A stretch of DNA of 64,000 nucleotides from Octopus vulgaris (GCA_951406725.2 OX597821.1:37696001-37760000), one strand, 5' to 3'. Positions 25,279 through 38,961 are shown, counted from the stretch's first letter. The notes: generated by a model from the letters alone, not told the origin. Program-made: numbers and translations.

Positions 25279-27907
25279 ACTCGCACACACTCACTCGCAC
25301 ACACACTCACTCGCACACACACTCACTAGCACACTCACTCACTCACACACAAGCATTCGTATTCGAATATCCACACATAAATGGATTGATGGTTTATAAA
25401 TATTAGAAATTTGCCGGAAAGAGAATATGTGGAATATTTTGATGACAAATGGCTGATAGAAAATATGATGGAGTGGTTTGGAAACCATAACAGCCCCCGT
25501 AACAAAGCGGTTCGGCAAAAAGTAACCGGTGGAACAAGTACCACAACTAAATATAAAATACAGGGGCCGATTTGCTCGACTAAATCCGTCAAGCTGATGC
25601 TCCAGTGTGGCCGCAGTTTAATGACTGAAACGAGTAAAAGATAAAAGATAAAGTTGATATGTGACCTACTTGAATAAAATTTGATACAAACAGTGTTTGT
25701 TATTGTCTAATGTCACGAGTGATTCACTCGAACAACCAAATATTATTCCTGTCTTGATATTCACTTGCAGAGATTTCACTTTATCATCGTCTATAAACTT
25801 TCCAATTCCTTATACAAACAAGAACACAATGCCATGACACATACATAGATACATACATTTATGTATGTATATATATATATATATATACATTTAAATATAT
25901 GCATACACACATATATATGTATATTTATTCACACACACTCGCACACACTCACATATATGTTCTTTAATCCCCCAAATACCAGATCATGTGTTTGACATTT
26001 GATTGTTAGGAAACAAAGCTGTAGGTGATGTTTCCAACAGATGAGTAATAAAAATTCCATTCGGTTTTATCATTTTGTTCTTGCAACCATTGCACTGAAT
26101 AAAAGACATCGTATTATAGTATAGCAAAAATATATATTCACCCTGTTATTATAAGCGCGCGCGCACACACACACACACACTATTTTTGTCATGAGGTCTT
26201 TAAGAACTTAAATTGGAGAAAGAAAATGGTAGTTTTCTAGTCTACTTTAAGACTCCTTATAATCTGATTTATTGAAGGAATCACTCAGAATTACAGACTG
26301 TATCTAAGTACAGTATATGTAAAATTTACTCTTATAGTTCAGTTTGAGAAGAATTCCATTACAACATTGTTTATTTTAGCATCAAAACGTAATGGACTAA
26401 ATACTTTTTATAATTGAATATATACGAGGCTTGGTGAAAAATTTACTTTAAAAATTCAATACACCAAAATGTTTGTCTGGAATATTTAGTGGGTCGTCAT
26501 ATGTAACGTGAAGTGACTCTGGAACGTAGAATACACCTCAAGTTCTCGGTCTTACGGTGCTGTTCTGAACTTCACTTTTGGATATTTTGAGAAGGAGCAT
26601 TTCTTAACATTATTATCTCTGACCGGTCGGTGTTAATTTGTATAATGGTGTTATTTTGGTAATCATTAAATAATCCCTAAAAATAATTAGTTATTAATAT
26701 GGTATTTTCAATCCTCCGTTTAAAAACAAATTTCCGAAATGCTTGTATAAAATCAAATAAGACAGGACTTTGGTTCTAAATCTAAGATCTACAATCAAAG
26801 CGTTTCTAGTCATGACAAGCACAGTTTATCGAGGACCACATTATTTAATGCTTCCCATTTCTCAGGTCATAGGGTGTGCTAGGAAGAAGATTTGGTTACT
26901 ATTTCTAGCAGTTGGAAGCTTTCTTGGCTGGCAACATATGACTATAAACTAAGTTAGTAGTCCTCTGCGATTCTCCGACCATCTGAGAGCTGCTGCTATT
27001 TCAACGTACACAGATAAATCTATATTTAACTTCTCAGAAAACAATCTCGGTGTAACTGTTGGTAAACATACTGATTTCATTCAGAAACTGCATCCAGCCC
27101 ACTTATAACTTGATACACCTACCTACTTATAATTAACAGGATAATTTCTGCTTCTATATTTATTTACACGTCTAACTAGATTTATTTCATGCTTGTGCAA
27201 TACAAACATGAATGTCTATGAATCTTTCAATGTTACGGTAATATTTTATAGTCCTGCTTTTCGCAAAGTTAGCAATTCCGCATTAATGCGTACTGGTTAA
27301 TGTTTTATTTAACACAGTTCTTTGACTTCTCGCATCAGAAGCTCATTATTAGAATTATCACAGAAGCACAGTCAACCCTGAACTTTTCAAGTTCAGGGTT
27401 GACTCGTAGCAGTTAAGCCATTCACTCTAACAACAAACTGCACATAACCTCTCTTATTCTCTCTCTCTCTCTCTCTCTGCTTTTGATGTTCCTTAAGTAT
27501 TATTTGTTAATAGCAATGCTTTTACGCATTTGTTGTTATGGATTCCTGTATATATTATAAATTCTTTCTTGGTTATAGGATTCCAATATTTCTTTGATCT
27601 CAACGCTTTTCACTCCCAAAGCTACGGTACGCATCCACAGTCCTAGCATATCCCTGTTTAACCAACGCACCGCACTCTGAGTCATACAAGTCATGAATCA
27701 TTGGATAGGTAATTGGCGATGTATTTACTAAACAAACACTGCTTCAATGTATTTCAATGAGCAGCAAATGAGTAATTCGACTTCTGTAGACCAGATAAGA
27801 CAGCCATAGACACGGTAATGAGCAAACAATGTTCCTATCTATATCTATTTGAAAAATTACGTCATTTCACGTTCACGCACACATACATACATACATACAT
27901 ACATACA

Positions 27908-27944
<37 letters not shown>

Positions 27945-28059
27945 GTTCAGTAAAAATTTAGATTCAGTTGAATATGGTACTTAAGTTAAAGGCACCAGCA
28001 TTTGGTATGGTATTATCCATATAATTCAAAGTGGGGTGATGCACATATACACCTGTTAT

Positions 28060-28425
28060 TCATTTATTCTTTTACTTGTTTCAGTCATTTGACTGCGGCT
28101 ATGCTGGAGCATCACCTTTAGTCGAGAAATCGACCCAGGACTTATTATAGTAAGCCTAAAACTTATTCTATAGGTCTTTTTTGCCGAACCGCTATGTTAC
28201 GGGGACGCAAACACACCAACATCGGTTGTCAAGCGATGGAGAGGTGGAGATAAACACACACAAACATATACGACGGTCATTTTTAGTTTCCGTTTACCAA
28301 AATCCACTCATAAGGCTTTGGTCTGCCCGAGGCTATATTAGAAGACATTTGTCCAATGTGCCACTCAGTGGGACTGAACCCGGAACCATGTGGTTGGGAA
28401 GCAAGCTTCTTAACACACAGCCTGC
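28060..28425 (-). mobile_element. SINE family A
   Basis: Colinear with the reverse complement of the 49362 copy. Confidence 0.9.
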
Positions 28426-28493
28426 ACAGCTATCCTACACGGTATACCCTACTCCCCTTCTTACCACTACTGAAAGGAAGTAAGGGAGGGGGC

Positions 28494-28551
<58 letters not shown>

Positions 28552-29645
28552 TACATACATACATACGTGTGTGTGTGTGTATAAGACTACTTGTGTTCGC
28601 TACAGAATTCAGTCATTTTCGCTACTCTATGTAAAAGTTACAGCAAAATGAGAGGCAAACCTTACAAGGAATGGCAAGATACTTGTTGCATCGTGGAGGC
28701 CCTCTTCGAGTTCGTGTTCCCATCAGCTCATGCTCAGCATGTTACAAGTGACTACACTTCAGCAGGTGACACGTTCATAAGAACTGTCCGGTCACTGAGA
28801 ATAAAGTAGTCAAAAGAAAAGTTTGAAAGTGAATGAAATATTTAATTTAACCGTTATTTGGACAAGATATATTTTGTCGGACTAATGATTATACATATGT
28901 GGGTAGAGGACGTCACAAACTGTGTAAGCAACATGAAGTACGAAAACTAATGAGTTAAATCTGCAAACAACGAGAGAAAAATGGAAAACTGGACAAGTAG
29001 CACAAAGAACGACCCTTCATCAGTTGTCGGCTGTTTATCTACTCCTCATTTCGAGCATTCAACAACAATATGAGTCTTCGAAGACAGTTGCTCCCATAAA
29101 TTCCAAAATAGAATTTTGGATTTATTGAGGGTCAAAGTTGGAAACAAAAACGGGACAGTGGAGACATACAAGGAAACCGAACGAAAACAAACAAAGAGGG
29201 TCGTTAGACCAGAACGAGAGGAAAATAGAGAACGCTAGGAGAAATAATTTCTTTGAAAAGATAGAAGGCGTCTAGCCCTTAGAACGTCGTGCAGGAAAAG
29301 AATGATGGTCACGCGAGGAAAAGAAAACTTAGCTGATTTTGGGTTGGATAAGTGTTGGAGTAGTGGTGGGTTAAAGTAGGAGAATCTGCGACGGAAGCTT
29401 ACAAGATGAGCAAAAAGCAGAATTGAACTTTTAACCCAAATATAAAGGAGTGTGGGGGTGGGGGAGTTTTGATTATGGTGGTGCTAAAGAAACTATAAAA
29501 TTTAAAATTGAATAATTAAGAAGAAATAGCAACGTCTTTTTACTTTTAGTAATGTGTGGCCCGAAGTGGAGCTTTTGTATTATTTGTGATTCTTGGTAGC
29601 AAAACACATAAGCTGAAGAAAGAACTCAATACTTATAAATGTGTA

Positions 29646-29732
<87 letters not shown>

Positions 29733-29733
<1 letters not shown>

Positions 29734-29939
29734 AAGTTAATCCAAACATGAAAACACAAAGAGAAAACACAACAACGCGAGGATGTGGAACAAATATAGT
29801 ATTATTGGACGCTGAGGACGGAAGGGAAGAAAGAGGGTTTTACGTTTCGAGCGGAGCTCTTCGTCAGAAACATAGGAAAAGGAAAGATCCAGAGAAGGGA
29901 AGACGGAGGAAAAAAAATCGCCAACGGTACACACGCGGT

Positions 29940-29944
<5 letters not shown>
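29733..29944 (-). mobile_element. Short hammerhead-bearing repeat, sister of 8941-9138
   Basis: Alignable to 8941-9138; flanked by (TA)n and (CA)n. Confidence 0.78.
29837..29871 (-). ncRNA. Minimal type I hammerhead ribozyme
   Basis: gttt CTGACGA a gagc tcc gctc GAAA c GTA aaac; loopless palindromic ACGT stem III, GUA triplet. Confidence 0.75.
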
Positions 29945-29995
<51 letters not shown>

Positions 29996-30105
29996 AGTAC
30001 CTGTGTATATGTGTGTATAATATATACCAACTGTCTTAGCGTCCAAAGGCGTATTGTTCAGAGGAGACAGACGGGAACAATCAAGCTTTACCTATGACAG
30101 ACGTT

Positions 30106-30106
<1 letters not shown>

Positions 30107-30149
<43 letters not shown>
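30107..30149. repeat. (GAC)n trinucleotide repeat
   Basis: Direct tandem run. Confidence 0.97.
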
Positions 30150-30150
<1 letters not shown>

Positions 30151-30652
30151 AGTATATACAGAAATCTGTACATATATGTAATGCAATCTGCAAATTCCTT
30201 ATACTGAATCCGACGTGGCAGAAACAATCCCATTTGTAAACGAAAAATTAAAATTAATTGGATTGTAATCTAATTACATATTTTGACTTGAATTTCTTTT
30301 CATATTTTTCTGCATTCAATCTTTAGATTTTCAAATTTTCGTACACAATGCACATTACGCATATATACTATACACGTACACTACATACACACATACTCTA
30401 CATGTACAAAAGCTACACACACACACAAGCAATACGTACATATACGTTACATACACACGTCACATACACACACATTGCAGACATAAAATTGAATGTGTGT
30501 ATATACATCCTCTCCAGTATATACATATATATAATGTAAAAGTGCTTTTATTATAACGACATAAAAGCAAACACTAATACACACGTATAATACATATATA
30601 TATATATATATATATATACAAAACTATGAGAGAGAGAATCCACTATTTTGAC

Positions 30653-30697
<45 letters not shown>

Positions 30698-31068
30698 GTA
30701 TGTATGTATATATACGTATGTATGTATGTTACAGCACTAAACCTGGTGGCCATTTAAGCGCTGTATTCCTGGACGGTTAATGGGTTGAATGTAGCGCTGA
30801 AAAAGTAACAACAACTCCTGAAATGTGCATGTACACCCATTCCCTATTTTTGTGTCTTTGATCGCATTGTTTACATAGACGTATTCGTATACAAACTATA
30901 ATTTGCTGGGTCTTATTTCTGTAGAAGATCTCTAGAGAGAATTTGAAATTCAATAAATCGCATTGCTAGCACCAATAATAGGACACAATATTATTGACTT
31001 ATAAGCCTCTAATACACTTGATAGTAAATTATGGTTTCAAAAACGAAATACAGTGTCCCACCAGCAAT

Positions 31069-31112
<44 letters not shown>

Positions 31113-31244
31113 ATATATATATATATATATCACGTCATCACGTGACTGACCAGACCATCAGATGTTGTTACACATCGCTGGTCACAATGCGTTCGCATTG
31201 TTTTAGCCTTCGAATGACGCCACCCCGCTGGCTAAGCGAGCAGG

Positions 31245-31278
<34 letters not shown>

Positions 31279-31290
31279 TAGATAGATATT

Positions 31291-31608
31291 GAAGGCGCGT
31301 GACTTAGTGGTTAAAGTATTCGGCTCCCAGTCGTGAGTTCGATTCTCAGCGATACGTTGCGTCCTTGAGCAAGATCATTTATTTCATTTCACATGGTTCC
31401 AGTCCACTCAGCTGACAAAATTCAGTTGTTCCTCTACTTAAAATGCCTAGTTTTGTCATATTCGGTGTCTCGCTGATTATCCCTGAGAATTACGTGAAGT
31501 TTATGCGTGTCTGTGGAATGCTCAGCCACTTGCACGTTAACTTCACGAGCAGGCTGTTCCGTTGAAGGACCATCAGGAAGTCTCGTCGTCGTAACCGATC
31601 GAGTCCCA
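31291..31608 (+). mobile_element. SINE family C
   Basis: tRNA-like head, GTCCTTGAGCAAG core, and tail GTGGAATGCTCAGCCACTTGCACGTTAA shared with the 61933 copy. Confidence 0.85.
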
Positions 31609-31648
<40 letters not shown>

Positions 31649-32414
31649 CAGTAACCATACACACACACTACATATAGAAAGATCATCGATGTTTGGATTT
31701 TGAAACGGTCACAAGGAGATTTGAATGTAGAACCATAGCACAATCATCTAAAGTATCTTATTTTTCTTTCATCTTCACCTCGTCCTCTGTGTGTGTACTT
31801 GTACGAAAACAGTTATAGGTTGGTGAGTTGTAAAGAAAACACCTCGTTTATTTATTTTTTTAATTCTCGGAACTAAAATTTTTATCAATATATTTTTGTG
31901 TTTTTATTTTTAATGTTGCTTTCGGTTTATTTATTCCATGCAATCAGTTTCCATTGAGATAGTAGCATTTTTAATTAGTCAAGCTTCTTTTATTTATTAA
32001 GTCCTAGCGGAAACATCAGTGAAAATTCAATTTCAATGCGGATTGTGTTTACCACGCAAATATAAAGCAAACAAACATGACTATGATTGCTGCGAGGCCT
32101 AAATTTTAAGCTGATCGATCATGGAAAAGAAAACCCAATTTCTCCTTGAGTTAGGTTAATAGAGCACAGTGTTATAATAAAGCTTTAGTTGATTCAATGC
32201 AACTAATGGTGGGTGCTGTCTTACTTTACTACGAATTCATTGCCTCATTTTTCAAAGTATTTATCATTTCTCATAAAAGTAATGAATCAAAATAATTAAA
32301 AAAAAAACAAACGAAATTAATGAAATCAATTATTATATCTTCGATGTTTGATTTCTATTTTAGAATCGAGCAGAATACATTCACACACTTTAGAATCGAG
32401 CTGTTCAACTTTAG

Positions 32415-32500
32415 AGACACTGTACAACAGTACAGACACTGTACAACCGTACAGACACTGTACAGACGTACGGACACTGTACAACCGTATAGACACTGCA
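32415..32500. repeat. 19-bp minisatellite, about 4.5 units (AGACACTGTACAACCGTAC)
   Basis: Units start at 32415, 32434, 32453, 32472 and 32491. Confidence 0.92.
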
Positions 32501-33150
32501 CAAATATTTTCACACAATGTCTTGTTGAATATTTTCTTTGAATTCTCCTCGTTTTTTTTTCTGCTTTTTTTTCCTCAATTATTTCTACTCTTACAATTTC
32601 TTTTTTTCCCGACTCCTTATCTTCTGATTTCGCCAAACATTTGCTATAGACTCGATATTTACTTCGAAGAATGGCATTGCATAATAGGAATAATCTAATT
32701 TCCATTAGAGATGAATATTACTTAAGTTGATTCTGAACTCTGAAAATGGCAGGTATTATGATATCTTTCACTGAATCAATAATCATATTTTATTCCTTTA
32801 CATAGCAATTCCTCGTTCTACTCCATTCACGACGAAAGACATTCAACAAGAAAAACTAAATAAACACTGAAACCATTTTGTTCGTCTAACATTTGCTGCT
32901 ATCATCTTAAATAAACTGATGTAACTATCCCCGTTTGCCCATCCCCGCCAATTCCCTTCATCTTCAAAATCTTCAAATATGCCAAATAAATGTAAAGCTC
33001 AATCTCCCCGGTAGTCACTTGCCAGAAATAGAATCTTTTATTTCTTTATCGACATTTTGTTAATTACACTACGCTCAGTCTCTAATCATTCCGAGATAAC
33101 AATGAGGGAAGGCACACATAGAATTCTAATTAAAAACATTAAATACTGAT

Positions 33151-33482
33151 AGAGCAGTTGTATACTGTCAACTTAACGTGACAGTCCCGTAGAGGGAATT
33201 ACACCACCGATATTTAGCCCTAGGAAGCATCAACGCTTCCTGTCGGCTTTGACACATTTCCTGTGTCCTTATGTTTACAAAAGGGAGACAAGCACCCCCA
33301 ACGGCTAGGCCCGTACCCAGAAACATGTTTCTGAGTCTTGCTCATCATCAGTCTGGAGTAGCATGGCCTGCTAGCTGAAGATACCTCTATGGGACTGTCA
33401 CGTTAAGTTGACAGTATACAACTGCTCTTTCGTACCACTACCGCTCATATCTCTCTGAGATATTTAGAAATTTAATATTTCT
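33151..33482. mobile_element. 332-bp insertion with 45-bp inverted arms, an internal hammerhead and a 16-bp TSD
   Basis: AACATTAAATACTGAT at 33135-33150 and 33483-33498; arms at 33151-33195 and 33384-33428 with 1 mismatch. Confidence 0.88.
33317..33356 (-). ncRNA. Type I hammerhead ribozyme
   Basis: ccaga CTGATGA tgag caaga ctca GAAA cat GTT tctgg; 5-bp stem I, 4-bp stem II closed by U-A, palindromic ACATGT stem III. Confidence 0.8.
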
Positions 33483-35349
33483 AACATTAAATACTGATTT
33501 CCTTTAAAAATCTTTAAGGTTTGAAAGTAAAAGTTAAATATTATATCGTAAAACACATCTGATATTTTAACGCCGTGAACTGTTGTTTACAAATAGCAGA
33601 TAAATAAATTAAAATAAAAACCAATTTTGAAGCCCGGCTCAATTCAAATAATGCAACAACTGAATCACCAATACGAATTTATGATTTTTCCCAGACTGGA
33701 TTTTAGCAAAATTCTGTTCCTTGTTGTATGTTAAATATATATCTCTTTAGTTTCCTTTCGATGTTCTAAACCAAGCGTCCTTTAGTCGCCCAGGCGTTCA
33801 CTTTCAAAGCGGTATCCACATTAATGCTATCTTTGGTATCTTGTACTGGTTCAGATTGAGTCCTTAGCCTAGCTATCGAGTCGTTGTCCCTTTATTTCAA
33901 CGGACATAGTATTACAACCAGTTTTGTGGTAGATTCCTCACCAGACACTTTGTTGCGCCAGAAGATGCAGTAGATTTTTCCTCAAGTAAGTATTGTGGAA
34001 ACTATTAATCCAATTCTCCTTTTATTACTCGCTCGTATTCTGAGATATAACATTAGGACAGACAGGACCTTAATTTGATTTGGCATAACAAATGTATACT
34101 TTAATGGAAGTAATGTGTGAAGTTGTGTTGTTCATTGCTTTCTCACTGAAATTAGTGACGTAGGTGGCTATAATTCTTCGCTTCAATATTTTGTATTTCC
34201 TGCATGTCATAAAACATCAGTTTGTATTTGATTTCGGTTGCTGTCTGCTACTCAGCTTTAGTTAACTGTTTAATTCCTTCTCTCTAATCTCAATCCAAAC
34301 ATTGACAGCAATTTCTATCCAACGGATTAATTCTAATGCCCGTCATTATTCCGGTTCAGTTTCACGATATTTGAAAAAGATGAGGTTTCTAGTTCGTTGA
34401 CTAAAACAGAAGAGACAATTCAACAGAAAAAAAATTGAATCTCTTAAATGAAATTGAAAACGTTATGAAACCAATATTAACCAACTTAATTCTTCAGATT
34501 GGATCGTCGTTTTCCATGCAATTGTTTCACCTTTACAAGGCAATGATTTGGCAGAATCGTTAGAACATCGGAAAAAAATGTTTCGCAGTATTTGTTCAGC
34601 TTTCATCATTTCGAGGATAATAAAATAAAGTAGCCGTCAATTTCTGGAGCTGATAGTGTCAATTAATGTCGCCCTTCAAAATTGCTGGCTTTGTGTCAGA
34701 AACGAATACGTTTAGCTTTTAGCAGATAACCAGAAGAGCTGGCTTTATGTAAACAATACTGGTGGTCATTGAGAAAGAGAAACATCCAGTGTGATGGAGA
34801 ACTTTTGCTAAAGAGAAGCTGCATTTCTAGGATCCATGTCACAGTCTAACAGGTTCCCAAAGACAAGGTTAGGCCCCTATAGAGAGGGAGAGATGGAAGA
34901 CCTTGGAAAGCATGTGCTAATTTTGGGCACAGCGTCTGAGTGTAATGGACGGGCCCCCATCAGGCAGTACTGGTGACCTTGTTAGTTTGAAGTGATTGAC
35001 GGTACATTCGCACTTGGCTTGAGTTTATATAAAGTGGCGAAGCTGGAGGTGGTGGAAGAGGATAGAAATGGAGATTTGCCAAGAGTGTGCGCAGTGTAGA
35101 CATTGTTGTAAAAGCGAGCAGCAGCGGCAGCAGCAGCAGTAGTAGTAGTGGTAGTGGTAGTAGAGGCTTTTTTTCCTAGGGTTGCTGCTCACAGAACAAG
35201 AAAATGAATGAAAGAATAATACGATAACGATAACACCCACTCCCACATACATACACACACTTATGTCTTTATGTAAATATGCATTTATGTATGTTTTTTT
35301 ATGCATGTATATATAAGTATGAATATACTTTTGTATTAATGTGTATAAA

Positions 35350-35387
<38 letters not shown>

Positions 35388-38300
35388 GTATATATACTTA
35401 CACGCACACATGGAGAAAGGGAAGGGATAAAGAGGGAGAGAGAGAGCTTTATGATTTATTTTTGTTAACTGGTATTTGTTTAAAGATATCTATCTTTCCG
35501 CATTCACTGCTCATTATTTCTGTCTGTCAATTTAATGCACAATTCTTGTAGCACCAATTAATTCACTCCTCATCTTATTTCCATATCAAGTTACCTTCTC
35601 TCTTTTTTTAAGTCATAAAGAGTTGCATTAACACACCGCAAATGAATATTATCTTCGTAACGGTGAAATGTTTTAATAAATTTTTGCTGTAAAACTCCAC
35701 CAAATTTAAATACTATCTGGACAGTAATATTTTTAAAAACATAAACATGAGTTAAGAAAAAAGAAAAGAAAAAAAACAAATACATTAAATTAGGAGTAAA
35801 ATGTCCCCCCACCATTTTATTTCCAACAATTTTCGATGTTTATTTACTTGGAGTAATTTGATAGCATCGTTGTTGAATATATTTCTGTAAACATTTAAAA
35901 CCATTTAAAAATCTAACTCTATTTTACTACCACAAATGATTGCAAAATGCACCACTTGTAAACATATTCCTAACCCACAATGTTAATGTAAGATTCTGCT
36001 GTCAGCACACTCACAGCCAAACTTAAACGAAATCGCAGTCTTAAAAATGGCTTCGCTACATTATATTTAGTTGTAAACTAAACCGATAAGACACAGCAAA
36101 TCTGTTGTTTTGATGTTAGAACTACTTCGTTGTAGTTTCAAATTAAAACTATTCAATTTTTTTTATGCATCTCTGTGAAGTCATTTTAGAATCTCCAATT
36201 AAGTTAAATATGTAAAATTTTCGGAAAACGACACCCGTTCCACAGTAAAACAATTCACACACTCAGAATCTGTGTATAGGTGAGAAAGAGTGGGAAATGT
36301 TATTCCCACTTTCAGATTGTCTTGCTATGTTTTAAGTTTATTTTTAATTAATTTATAATTTTCTTAATTAAGAATTTAGTTAACCACATCATCTCACAGC
36401 ACAATCGATCAATTTCTTTCTCTTTATCATATAACCGCGATAGGTTCCCAAGTGTGGGTAAATATTTGATTCACTAAAGAATGCAGGAATAATTCTATTC
36501 CTAGAAAAACCTCAACATCGCACTTCCATACATATGCTCTGGTATCATTCACAGTCGTGTCATCTGCTATTGTACAACTTCCGAAAGATAAATACCGCCT
36601 TCTTCAGCCATACTACTAGTTCCATTTGATACAATAATGTTGTATATCTATTGAATATAACATCGATCTAACGCATAAACTCTATGTTTATTGCTAGCAT
36701 TAGCTGTTAACTAGTTTTCGTTTTCGACTATGTCTTTGATGTTTCCAAATTAACCTTATAAAATATAGTTAGAAAATATTATCACAAAATATGGAATACA
36801 TATGTAATAAACAGGCGGAACCAGGTTGGAGGAGGCTGGGATTTTCAAATTTAGTATCAATTTGAAAGTTTTCTTTATTTTATATTTCAATTTATCTAGG
36901 TTAAGCAAGGTCTATAAAATCACAAGAAAATCGTTATTTACAGCCTAAGAGTAGTATTTTGTTTAATTTCCTTTGTAAAGAAATGAATGCATTTCCCACC
37001 TTTGTAAAATAAGCTTTATAATATACTTCACGCTTTCACATCTACCTTTAGATCACATCATAATGTCTATTTTAAGGCCTCAATTAGTTTAGCTTCGACT
37101 TATGTATATATATTGAATAATTTAATCCAAAACTCATACATAAAATGTATAAGTATTATTTTCCCCTTCAATTGTGTTGTATGGCTTATTCCAGCTACGT
37201 GTATAGTCCTCGTGGATGCAGTGAATATTTAATTTGAGATAGATACCAGCGTTTAGTGTGCATATGCAGCTATCATTTGCTTCACTCACCCTACTGTACT
37301 CACTTTTTAGTTTAATGACATATCACAGTTAATACGTATCGCCATTAATATTTAGTGAGGAACAAACCAACTGGCTGTGAAGCAGAGAATCAAGCACAGC
37401 ATTTCAACTATTCTCTCCGTGTTCCTTTTACCTCAATATTTTGGTTAGTATAACTGACAAGAATAGAAACCCGCAAGATTTTGCTATCTGCATATTCAAC
37501 GAACTCTCCTCTGATGGAGTACGAAAGAGTATAGACAGTTCATGAGATGTAAAGCTTTGTTTTCTTCATTTTTTTTCGGTCACGTCCGTTGCACAACGCC
37601 CATTGCTTTAGTAAAGTACTTTAACCTATATTTGCTACCAGGCATTATGAAATCGTACTAATTTTAATAAGTGAGGAGTGAGGAAGAGAAACTAATTGAA
37701 CAAAGCAGACGATGTGATAAAAAAATTCAGAATAAATGGATAAAAGCTTATCTGTAGTCCTAATACTCGATTTTTTCTCTTATTTTAATCTTGTGTAAAT
37801 GTTTCCACATGGTAATAACATATTTGGGTTGGATCCAAGTAAAGGGGGCGAGTAACGTCCCCCACTCTCTTTAAGTGTTCTACCCATTCATCATAATCAA
37901 AGGGAGATGGAGATCTCGCATTTATGTAGAGAGATTTAACTCAACACATTCCCAGTCAGCTGTGTATGTGTGTGTGTGTGTGCGTGTGTGCACGAGTGAC
38001 ATCTGCGTTTGTATCTTCCATGTTTTATTTTTCATTTCTAATTTGTTTTCTTCTTCCTCCACCCACTTCTAATTGCATTTCATTCCTCTTACTCTTCAAC
38101 AACAACTGACGAATGGTTCCCATCTGTAATGTTTTATCGCCAGATTCCTAATTTTAGCTCTACCATGCTTTGCTTTATCATTCACAGCTTTCAAGGAACG
38201 CCTAACTTTATATTCCAGCTCCTGTAATTTCGTTATATTTGCGTCTGCAGCCCTGATTAAAACCAAGTGTTTTTGCTTCCCCTTTCCCGTATAAGTTAAG

Positions 38301-38875
38301 CTTTTGTGGAACAGGAATTGAAATAAACTTGTTCAAGAAAAGGAGGATAAAATAATAATAATAATAATAACAATAATAATAATAATAATAATAAATCACA
38401 ATAGAATATTGAATTACTCTGCTTTTGTCAAAAAATACTTCATTGGAAAACTTAAATACAGAATAAAAATACAAACAGTTTTAAGAAAGTTTATTCAATT
38501 TGCCCTAATAGTATGTATCGTGTTCTTGAATACACTCTGTGTGTGTGCGTGTGTGTGTGTAGCATCAGCTCAGATTTTCCTCTCTCCTGGCATGAATTCC
38601 TGCTGAATTTAAGGCAATCTTTATTTAGCTGCTGATAACAGTAGACTTTTTTGTATTTTGCGTAACAGATCTGACTTCTGAGGGCAAGAAGCCCACGTGA
38701 CTTGAAAATTTCTAGAATGTTCTTTGAACTTGGTACCTAGAATAAAAGGGCTCCTATGATCTGCTGGGAACTAGGCGTCAAACAAAAGGCGGTGGGAACC
38801 CATCGAAAGAATCTCATTCTGCGGAGAGTATGTCAAGAGTAAGAGTTATGCTCTTCCGCTTTCTCTCTCTCTCAC

Positions 38876-38961
<86 letters not shown>

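Noticed and set aside
32415-32500. CRISPR-like array
   Set aside because: The units are contiguous with no unique spacers, there are no cas genes, and the context is eukaryotic.
36565-36615. Minus-strand CTGAAGA...GGAAGTTGTA hammerhead-like spacing
   Set aside because: GAAA and stem III are broken; compatible with chance.
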